A stretch of DNA of 63,964 bases, counting the filler, from Deltaproteobacteria bacterium (GTDB lineage Bacteria; JAUYMQ01), in assembly GCA_030698575.1 (NCBI GenBank). It is 8 parts of 8 records of this genome, joined end to end, with 100 filler letters (N's around TTAATTAATTAA, not from the genome) between each part and the next. Parts side by side here need not be neighbours in the genome. Positions count along the whole stretch, not along the records: positions 1 to 17,329 come from JAUYMQ010000054.1; 7 more parts are not named here. One strand, 5' to 3'. Shown one piece after another: positions 1 to 7,031 of the stretch. The position numbers and the translations under genes were made by a program. The notes beneath the pieces were generated by a model. The model had not been told where the DNA came from and did no database searches. It saw only the letters and a program-made list of their open reading frames with translations. Position 1 is the stretch's first letter. Each line of letters opens with the position of its first letter.

Positions 1-2
1 CG

Positions 3-668
3 GGCCGGCTTAGCCACAGCCTCGACGCCTGGCTCTCCAGAGGCGGATCGGTATTCAAAGGAGTGCCCCCCCACCCGCCCCGGAGCGGCGATCCCGGAGT
101 GAAGAAGATTAACGGTCCCTTCACGCAATCCACTATTCTCATGGGCGAGCGGGGAATCACGCGGAACGATCCCGCCTACTATGCGCTCCAGGTCTTCAAC
201 TACACGCTGGGCGGGGGCGGATTCTCCTCCCGGCTTCTCGACGAGATCCGGGACAACCGCGGCCTCGCCTACTCGGTCAGCAGCAGCTTTGATACTCGCC
301 TGCTGCCCGGCCCTTTCGAGATCAGTCTCCAGACGCGCAATGCAACTGCGAAGGAATCCCTCGCCCTGGTCCGGGCCGAAGTCGCGAAGGCTCTCGATAA
401 GGGGATCACCGAGAAGGAGCTGGAGGACGCCAAGGCCTATCTAGTGGGCACCTACCCGCGGCGCTACGACACGAACTCGAAGATGGCCGGCTTTCTCGCC
501 GCCGCCGTCTTCTACGGCCTGGGAACCGACTACGACCGCGTCTACCCGGAGCGCATCCGCGCGGTCACCCGCGAGGCCGCGGGCGAGGCCGCCCGGGCGC
601 ACATTCATTCCGGGGAGCTCGATACCGTCGTCGTTGGCAACCTGAAAGAGGCAGGGTTCGAAAAGTAG
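3..668 (+). CDS. M16 family (insulinase-like) peptidase subunit, C-terminal part (5' truncated at window edge)
   Basis: Frame open from position 3; motif LGGGGFSSRLLDEIRDNRGLAYSV and ITEKELEDAKAYL typical of Peptidase_M16_C. Confidence 0.9.
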   Translation, partial: GRLSHSLDAWLSRGGSVFKGVPPHPPRSGDPGVKKINGPFTQSTILMGERGITRNDPAYYALQVFNYTLGGGGFSSRLLDEIRDNRGLAYSVSSSFDTRLLPGPFEISLQTRNATAKESLALVRAEVAKALDKGITEKELEDAKAYLVGTYPRRYDTNSKMAGFLAAAVFYGLGTDYDRVYPERIRAVTREAAGEAARAHIHSGELDTVVVGNLKEAGFEK

Positions 669-760
669 CCCTCGCCAGGTTGGCGGACCCGGTTTTACAG
701 CGACCGCCCACGGGTCTACAATTTCCCCCAGGCCGAGTTTCGACGCCTGGCGGGGAACAG

Positions 761-2731
761 ATGAGACGACGGGACGCCAAAGATCCGGGCCGGCGACCTC
801 CGCCGGAGCTCCTCAAGGGAAACTACGAGCAGTTTCTCGAGAAGATCGTCGAATCGTCGGTCGACGCCATTGTGGCGGCGGACCGGCGGGGAACGATCAT
901 CCTGTTCAACGCCGGCGCGGAGCGCATCTCGGGATACAGCGCCGAAGAGGTGACGGGCCGCCTCAACGTGGAAGCGCTCTACGCCCCGAACGTGGCGCGG
1001 GAGATCATGCGGCGGCTACGGAGCCCGGGATTCGGCGGCCGCGGCAAGCTGCTCGATTCAGTTGAAGCACTCCGCACGAAGGACGGAAGAGAGATCCCCA
1101 TCCACATCTCCGCCGCCACGCTCTACGAAGGGGGCAAGGAGCTGGCGACGGTCGGCATCTTCACCGATCTCCGCGACCTGCTCAGGCTCGAAAAGGGCAT
1201 CCGGGAGTCGGAGGAGCTGTATCGGATGATGGTGGAGCAGGCCGAGGAAGGGATCGGGATCGTTCAGCGCGGGCGCCTGCGCTTCGCCAACCGCCGTCTC
1301 CGTGAAATCCTTCAGATACCACCGGGAGAGTCCCGCAACCTCCAGCTCTCGAAGTTCCTCGACCCGGTGCTCATGCGCACCCTGGGCTTGCTCTCTTCCG
1401 GGAAGCCGGGCGTCGTCGGAGGCGGGCCCCGCGTACTCGAGGCAGCGGCGGAAATACTTGGGCGTCAGGGAGCGAGACGAAGCGTGGAGATCCTCGCCGG
1501 GCCCGTTCCCTACCGCGGCGCCGCCGCCCACCAGATCCACCTGCGCGACGTCTCGGCCAAACGTGAGCTGGAGAACACCTATCGCGTGCTCGTCGATACC
1601 GCGGCCCGGACGCGCCAGGGCATCATTCTGGTGCGAGAAGCCTTCGACGAGCCGGGTGCGGTTCTTTTCGCGAACGAGGAGTTCTGCCGCTTCACCGGAT
1701 GGGAACTCGAGGAGCTGCGCAAGCTTCCGCTGACGCAGCTGTTCACCCCGGAAGGCCTTCGCGTCGCCACAAAGGTCTACCAGCGCCTCATTCGCGGCGA
1801 AGATCTCGGCGCACCTGCGCGGCTAGTTCTTCGCACGCGGGGCGGCGAAACGATCATCGTCGAGGCGAGCACCGCCAGGACGACCTATCAGGGGCGCCCT
1901 GCGCTCATCGGCTACTGTCGCGACGTGACCGCGCACGCTCACCTCGAGCAGTTGATCGACGAGCAATCGCGGGACCTCGCGGACAAGAACAAGGCGCTGG
2001 AAGACATCCTGCATCGCCTCCGTTCCACGCAGGAACGGCTCATCGAGCAGGAGAAGCTCGCGGAACTCGGCACCTTCTCGGCCGGCATCGCCCACGAAAT
2101 CCGGAACCCGCTCGGCCTCATCCGATCTCACCTCAGATCCCTCGAAGTGAGCAGCGATGAGCGCACCAGGGCGCGGGCGCTGCGCGGAATCGAACGGCAG
2201 GTCAGCCGGTCGAGCGACTTCATCGACAAGATCCTCTCCTACGCCAGCCCGACGGCTCCCGTCCGCCGACGCCTCGATCTGAACCGCACGCTCTCGATGG
2301 CGGCGCGCTTCGCGGAAAAGGCCCTGTCGCCTCCGGCGGCGGTGCGCATCCACCGTGAGTTCGAAGAGGGCTTGCCCGCCGTCGCCGGCGATCACACGCA
2401 GCTTCAGGAAGTCTTCATCAACCTGATCACCAACGCCTTTCAGGCGGTCGGCAGGTGGGGCACGATCCGCCTCGTGACCGGCCGTGAGGGGACGGATTGC
2501 TTGCGCGTCGATATCTGCGATACGGGGCCGGGAATCGACGAAGCGTCTCTGGAGGATGTATTCCGTCCCTTCTACACCTTCGGGAAGGGGCGTGAGGGGA
2601 CGGGGATGGGACTGGCGATCGCGCGGCGCATCGTGGAGGGGCACCAGGGAAAGATCAGCGCCATCCGGAACCCGGCTGGCGGAACGACCTTCCGGGTTCT
2701 GCTGCCTCTCGAGGTGCGGGAATCCCGCTGA
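761..2731 (+). CDS. Cytoplasmic multi-PAS sensor histidine kinase
   Basis: Three PAS-like repeats (FNAGAERISGY, FANRRL, FANEEFCRFTGW), H-box AGIAHEIRNPL, N-box NLITNA, G boxes DTGPGI and GTGMGL; no TM segment; start chosen at ATG 761 (ORF track starts at TTG 680). Confidence 0.92.
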   Translation: MRRRDAKDPGRRPPPELLKGNYEQFLEKIVESSVDAIVAADRRGTIILFNAGAERISGYSAEEVTGRLNVEALYAPNVAREIMRRLRSPGFGGRGKLLDSVEALRTKDGREIPIHISAATLYEGGKELATVGIFTDLRDLLRLEKGIRESEELYRMMVEQAEEGIGIVQRGRLRFANRRLREILQIPPGESRNLQLSKFLDPVLMRTLGLLSSGKPGVVGGGPRVLEAAAEILGRQGARRSVEILAGPVPYRGAAAHQIHLRDVSAKRELENTYRVLVDTAARTRQGIILVREAFDEPGAVLFANEEFCRFTGWELEELRKLPLTQLFTPEGLRVATKVYQRLIRGEDLGAPARLVLRTRGGETIIVEASTARTTYQGRPALIGYCRDVTAHAHLEQLIDEQSRDLADKNKALEDILHRLRSTQERLIEQEKLAELGTFSAGIAHEIRNPLGLIRSHLRSLEVSSDERTRARALRGIERQVSRSSDFIDKILSYASPTAPVRRRLDLNRTLSMAARFAEKALSPPAAVRIHREFEEGLPAVAGDHTQLQEVFINLITNAFQAVGRWGTIRLVTGREGTDCLRVDICDTGPGIDEASLEDVFRPFYTFGKGREGTGMGLAIARRIVEGHQGKISAIRNPAGGTTFRVLLPLEVRESR

Positions 2732-2741
2732 CCCGACGGAC

Positions 2742-2757
2742 TGGCACGGGGTTTGCA
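2742..2757 (+). promoter_or_regulatory. Sigma54 (-24/-12) promoter upstream of the response regulator
   Basis: TGGCACGGGGTTTGCA matches TGGCACG-N4-TTGC exactly and lies in the intergenic gap. Confidence 0.8.
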
Positions 2758-2821
2758 GACTCAGGGGGGATTCGGGATTCTCGATCGCGGGGCGCGACGA
2801 GCTGACGTGGAGCAGGCGGAT

Positions 2822-4204
2822 ATGGACAAGAGCAGGAGCAAGGTGCTCATCATCGAAGACGACGAGGAGTACCGGCAGACCTACCAGGAATGGCTCCAGC
2901 CCGAGGGCTATCAGGTGAGCTGGGCGGACAACGCCGACGATGCGGTGCGGCAGATCCGCGCAATCCGGCCCGATCTCATCCTTCTCGATCTTCGTGTGCC
3001 GCCCAAGCAGAGCGTCGAAGGAGGGCTCGAACTTCTCCGGAAGGCACGCGAGGAGCATCCGCCCGCGCGTGTCGTCATCACGACGGGAGACGGCACCAAA
3101 TCGACCGCGCTGGCGGCGGTCCGGGAGGGGGCAACGGACTATCTCATCAAGCCCATCGATCCGGACGTGCTGCTGGTCGTGATCGCGCGATCGCTTGAAC
3201 GCAAGCTCCTCGAGGATCAGGTTCGCCGGCTGCAGCAGCAGCTGGAGACACGAAACAGCTTCGAAGGGATGATCGGGAACAGCGCGAAGATGCGGGAGGT
3301 GTTCGGACTGGTCGAGAAGGCCGCGCTCACGTCGGCCAACGTTCTTCTTCGAGGTGAGAGCGGCACGGGGAAGGAGCTGGTATCGCGCGCGATTCACGCG
3401 CGGGGGCCGCGGAAGGCCGGGCCGTTCGTTACGCTCAATTGCGCTGCGCTACCGGAATCACTGCTCGAGAGCGAGCTTTTCGGCCATGAGCGAGGGGCGT
3501 ATACCGACGCAAAGCAATCGCGCGTGGGCCTCATCGAGTCGGCCGACGGCGGTAGCCTCTTCCTCGACGAGATTGGCGATCTCCCACTCTCGACCCAGGT
3601 GAAGCTCCTGCGGGTCCTCCAGGAGAGGGAGATCACACGCGTCGGAGGCAACCGCCCCAAGCGGGTGGACGTGCGGATCATTTCGGCGACGAACAAGGAT
3701 CTGGAGAAGCTGCGTGAGGAAGGAATCTTTCGTGAAGATCTCTACTACCGCCTCACTGCCTTCTCAATCTACCTTCCCCGTCTTCGATCCCGGGGCGACG
3801 ACGTGCACCTGCTCGCCCAGAGTCTTCTTGCGAAATTTACAGAGGCGGATCACAAGAACATCCTGGGCTTCTCCCCTGAAGCCGCGGACGTCCTCATGGC
3901 TTACAGCTGGCCCGGCAACGTGCGAGAGCTCGAGAACGAGATCCACGGCGCCATCGCGCGCGCCGAGCCAGACAGCTGGATCGAGTCCCGCCACTTCTCC
4001 GCGAACCTCCGTGACGCGGGGGAGATGATGCACCTCGCGGACGGCAAGCAGGGCTCTCTCAGCGATCTGCTCGCCCGGGTCGAGCGCCACCTGATTAAAG
4101 AGAAGCTCCAGCAGCATGGGGGCAACCGGACCGCGACGGCCAAGAGCCTCGGCATCTCCCGCGTGACGCTCCACCAGAAGCTGACCAAGTACAGCATCGA
4201 GTAG
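2822..4204 (+). CDS. Sigma54-dependent response regulator (REC-AAA+-Fis HTH), PrsR/NtrC-like
   Basis: REC (IIEDD, LLDLRVPP, KP), Walker A GESGTGKE, ESELFGHERGAYTDA, FLDEIG, WPGNVRELEN, C-terminal HTH; start may be GTG 2807. Confidence 0.95.
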   Translation: MDKSRSKVLIIEDDEEYRQTYQEWLQPEGYQVSWADNADDAVRQIRAIRPDLILLDLRVPPKQSVEGGLELLRKAREEHPPARVVITTGDGTKSTALAAVREGATDYLIKPIDPDVLLVVIARSLERKLLEDQVRRLQQQLETRNSFEGMIGNSAKMREVFGLVEKAALTSANVLLRGESGTGKELVSRAIHARGPRKAGPFVTLNCAALPESLLESELFGHERGAYTDAKQSRVGLIESADGGSLFLDEIGDLPLSTQVKLLRVLQEREITRVGGNRPKRVDVRIISATNKDLEKLREEGIFREDLYYRLTAFSIYLPRLRSRGDDVHLLAQSLLAKFTEADHKNILGFSPEAADVLMAYSWPGNVRELENEIHGAIARAEPDSWIESRHFSANLRDAGEMMHLADGKQGSLSDLLARVERHLIKEKLQQHGGNRTATAKSLGISRVTLHQKLTKYSIE

Positions 4205-4222
4205 CCGCGGGCCTCACCTGCC

Positions 4223-4240
4223 TGTTAGGAATTCCTTACA
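4223..4240. promoter_or_regulatory. Putative enhancer (UAS) palindrome for a sigma54 activator
   Basis: TGTTAGGAATTCCTTACA, TGT-N12-ACA with one mismatch from a perfect palindrome, about 190 bp upstream of a -24/-12 element. Confidence 0.65.
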
Positions 4241-4429
4241 CCTCGCCTGTTACGTTCCTGACCGCTCAACGGTCAGGCGATAATCTCCTGAAATTACAGC
4301 CTTTTTATCATTACGCAATCCAGCAGCGCTTTATGGCTGTATCGATCCCTTTACGATTACACGGGTCCGCACGGGGTCGCATCCCCCAAGATCGGGAGGA
4401 ATCAGGGCGCTTGCAAGCCTTTCCTCCGT

Positions 4430-4445
4430 TGGCACGTTCCTTGAA
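4430..4445 (+). promoter_or_regulatory. Sigma54 (-24/-12) promoter
   Basis: TGGCACGTTCCTTGAA: perfect -24 box, correct spacing, -12 is TTGA instead of TTGC; predicted +1 near 4456. Confidence 0.7.
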
Positions 4446-4452
4446 GTAACAG

Positions 4453-4753
4453 GGGTTGGGGATGGCACCCCGACACCGAAACGGGTCGGAAGCGGTGACA
4501 TGGCCCGGGGTGAAAACAAGGGAGCCGGGGCGGTAGCAGGATGAGGACGGAACCCTCCTGAGCGCCAACGGCGGACAAAGGCGCAAAGGGCGCGCCCACC
4601 CGGCACGGAAGCCACAACTCCAGGGCTTCCCCTCCCGGCTCCCTGTCTCACACTCCGTCAGCGCTTTCTCCCGCGAAAGGGGGGGTGAATTTCGGATGGC
4701 CCCCATCCTCAACCCGACAGCGGGCCGGCGGTGAAGAAATTCACCGCCGGCCT
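4453..4753 (+). ncRNA. Putative structured sigma54-dependent RNA (sRNA or long regulatory leader), family not recognised
   Basis: 13-bp closing stem 4453-4465/4703-4715 (one G-U), 11-bp perfect stem 4519-4529/4634-4644, several internal hairpins including two ACGGAA loops, and a 13-bp GAAA-capped hairpin 4723-4752; no credible ORF. Confidence 0.6.
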
Positions 4754-4754
4754 T
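4723..4754 (+). terminator. Strong hairpin, possible terminator or 3' end stem
   Basis: GGCCGGCGGTGAA-GAAA-TTCACCGCCGGCC, but the U tract is short (TT). Confidence 0.5.
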
Positions 4755-4804
4755 GCGGCATCTGGCCTGCAAGCCCCACGTAATCCCGGGGGTGGAGGGC
4801 GACG

Positions 4805-5008
4805 GTGGCACGACGGCGGAAGATCCGGTTCACCATCGCAGAAGAGGATTTCCAGCTCTTGCTGATGCTGGCGCGAACGGAGCGCAAGTCCATCGAGGAA
4901 CTCTTCCGTGAATCCGTGCCTGAAGTTTTGAGCAAGTACAGCTACCTTTGCAGATTTGTCGAGAAGAATGAGTCGTCGCACTTTTTGCATCGAAGAAAGC
5001 AACGGTGA
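4805..5008 (+). CDS. Small putative ribbon-helix-helix (CopG-like) DNA-binding protein
   Basis: GGAGG RBS at 4794-4798 before GTG; alternating strand KIRFTI, helix EEDFQLLLMLAR, turn, helix SIEELFRESV. Confidence 0.6.
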   Translation: MARRRKIRFTIAEEDFQLLLMLARTERKSIEELFRESVPEVLSKYSYLCRFVEKNESSHFLHRRKQR

Positions 5009-5085
5009 CCGGCGTCCATGCATGCACCGCCCGCCATGCCGCCGCGAATACTCTTTCAACAGGCCGCCGTCCGGAGAAACCAGAG

Positions 5086-5343
5086 ATGCCAAGAATGAAG
5101 GACCGGGACAGGAACTGGCCGGTATCACCGGAAGAGCCGAAAGAGAAGGAAACACACGTCGTCGAGTTTCGCATCCAGGACTCCGACTTCAGGACGCTCG
5201 AGGGACTCGCCAGGGCGCGCCAGACCTCGATCGCCAGCCTGGTCAGCCAGGCGCTGCCGCTCATCATCGAGAAATTCAGGGTGCTGCGCGCGCTTGAAAT
5301 CCAGCCCGACGAGCGCGCCGGCTGGCGGCGGAAGAATGCTTAG
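5086..5343 (+). CDS. Second small putative ribbon-helix-helix protein, paralogue of the preceding gene
   Basis: GGAG RBS at 5073-5076; VVEFRI-QDSDFRTLEGLARAR-QTSIASLVSQAL aligns without gaps to the previous ORF. Confidence 0.6.
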   Translation: MPRMKDRDRNWPVSPEEPKEKETHVVEFRIQDSDFRTLEGLARARQTSIASLVSQALPLIIEKFRVLRALEIQPDERAGWRRKNA

Positions 5344-5345
5344 GC

Positions 5346-6875
5346 TCAGTGCCCGACGAAACCGACGAAGAAGAAATAAAGAACGAGGAGCGCCGCGAGG
5401 ATCGGAAGGACACCGACAATGTAGAAGGGCACGCGCGTCCAGGTCTGATCCCCAGGCGGAAGCGGGCGCGGCCACGCCTCGTCCTTCTCCGGCTCTTCGG
5501 CGGGCGGCACGCCGGTCGAACCTCCCGCGCTCCGCGCGAGCAGAGCAAGCGTCGGAAAGTACTCCATGAGCAGAACCCAGGCCGGCACGAGCCCCGACGG
5601 CGCCGCAAACTTCAGGTAGCTGAACCCCGCGGCGCCCGAGAACCAGATCCACGCAGGCGAGAGCGTGACCGCAGAGAGCGCCACCAGCCCCCAGGCGTAC
5701 CAGGGCTCCACGGCCGGCATCACGAACAGCAACCACCCGCCCAGCAGGGCCATCGCGCGGCGGCTCACGCTCCCCGCCGTCTCACCCTTGAAGAGAACCC
5801 GCACCGTGAAGATCAGGTAGCCCGCGAGCAGAATGCGTCCCGCCGATTTGGCGAATCGCCATGGATCGTCGAACCCGGCGACCCAGGCGAGCAGGTAGCG
5901 CAGGGCGGTTCTGACGCCGGCGTTGAACTCCTCGTAGTCCGCTCCCAGCCGGATGGGCAGGTGGCCCCAGAGCCCCCCGTCCATGACTACGAAGGGCGCG
6001 TATCCGACCACGAGCGTCGCCAGAAACGCCAGCGGCAGCCGGGGATCGAAGCCGGCGATTCCGCGCCGCCCCGGCCCGGCCCGCTGCATGAGAGCCGGCA
6101 AAATGACCATTGGATAGATTCGCGCCAGCGTCGCGAGCCCGAGCGCGATCCCCGCGGCACCCCGGCGCCCTTCGAGTCGGAACACAAGCGCCAGCAAGAA
6201 GAACGGAAGCATTAGGGGATCGCTGTGTCCGCCCCGGGTGATCTCGATCACGATGAGCGGATTCCAGAGGTACACCGCCGACTGAGCAAGAGGGCGCCCC
6301 TCGCGGCGAAGCAGCGCGAGGAGGGCGAATACGCCCAGCGCCTCGAAGACAAGGAACGTAAGCTTCAGGCCCAGCGCGTCCGGGCGAAGGGATGCGAGAA
6401 CGGCGAAGACCCATTGTGACAGGGGCGGATAGACTCCAATCACATCAGGGCGGTTCAACTGCATGTGGAGGGCATCGTAACGAAAGGGCGCGAGGGCGGG
6501 CGCGTTCGGCGCAAGGGCGTAGGGATTCACGCCGCCGCTGAAAACGCGGCCGTCCCACAGATACCGGTGATAATCGCTTGAAAGATCCGGATCGCCCGGA
6601 AGCAGCACCAGGCGGAAGAGCACCGCCAGCAGGAGCACGAAGAGAAGGGCCCGCCGGTCACCGGCCGCATTCGTCGGCGGCGTGCGCGCCACCCACAGGA
6701 CCGCCGGCAGGTAGGTGCACCAGAGCAGCCACCAGAGGACGGAGGTGCTGCTGAAGACGGACGGATGCCTGCCCGTGAGAGTGGCGATCAACTCGGGCCA
6801 CTGGTTGTAGCCGGCGTAGATGACCAGGGAGACCAGGCCCGACAGCAGGAGGGATCTCGGCAGACGCTCGTTCAT
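5346..6875 (-). CDS. GT-C fold polytopic membrane glycosyltransferase (GT87/DUF2029-like)
   Basis: LSSDYHRYLWDGRV...GVNPY, YPPLSQ, YLWNPL, GHSD, PWY motifs; many TM helices. Confidence 0.8.
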   Translation of the reverse strand: MNERLPRSLLLSGLVSLVIYAGYNQWPELIATLTGRHPSVFSSTSVLWWLLWCTYLPAVLWVARTPPTNAAGDRRALLFVLLLAVLFRLVLLPGDPDLSSDYHRYLWDGRVFSGGVNPYALAPNAPALAPFRYDALHMQLNRPDVIGVYPPLSQWVFAVLASLRPDALGLKLTFLVFEALGVFALLALLRREGRPLAQSAVYLWNPLIVIEITRGGHSDPLMLPFFLLALVFRLEGRRGAAGIALGLATLARIYPMVILPALMQRAGPGRRGIAGFDPRLPLAFLATLVVGYAPFVVMDGGLWGHLPIRLGADYEEFNAGVRTALRYLLAWVAGFDDPWRFAKSAGRILLAGYLIFTVRVLFKGETAGSVSRRAMALLGGWLLFVMPAVEPWYAWGLVALSAVTLSPAWIWFSGAAGFSYLKFAAPSGLVPAWVLLMEYFPTLALLARSAGGSTGVPPAEEPEKDEAWPRPLPPGDQTWTRVPFYIVGVLPILAALLVLYFFFVGFVGH

Positions 6876-6931
6876 TCCTCGCCGCGCCTCACAGGAAGCA
6901 CGATTTCCCCTCCGGGGCTCCGCCCGCGCCT

Positions 6932-6960
6932 TTGACGGGGTATGCGCGGCGCTGTAAAGT
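6932..6960 (+). promoter_or_regulatory. Sigma70-type promoter for the glycoside hydrolase gene
   Basis: TTGACG-N17-TAAAGT. Confidence 0.55.
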
Positions 6961-7031
6961 CGGGCCGCGTCATCTTAAACGCGCCCTCCAATCCTGTCCA
7001 ACTTCCCTGGAGGAAGGCCCTCCCGCAATCC

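Noticed and set aside
4453-4753. Assignment of the structured RNA to tmRNA, RNase P, SRP, tRNA or a c-di-GMP riboswitch
   Set aside because: No tRNA-like T arm or CCA end, no RNase P P4 motifs, no SRP loop; GCAAA and GAAA words are not in c-di-GMP-I order
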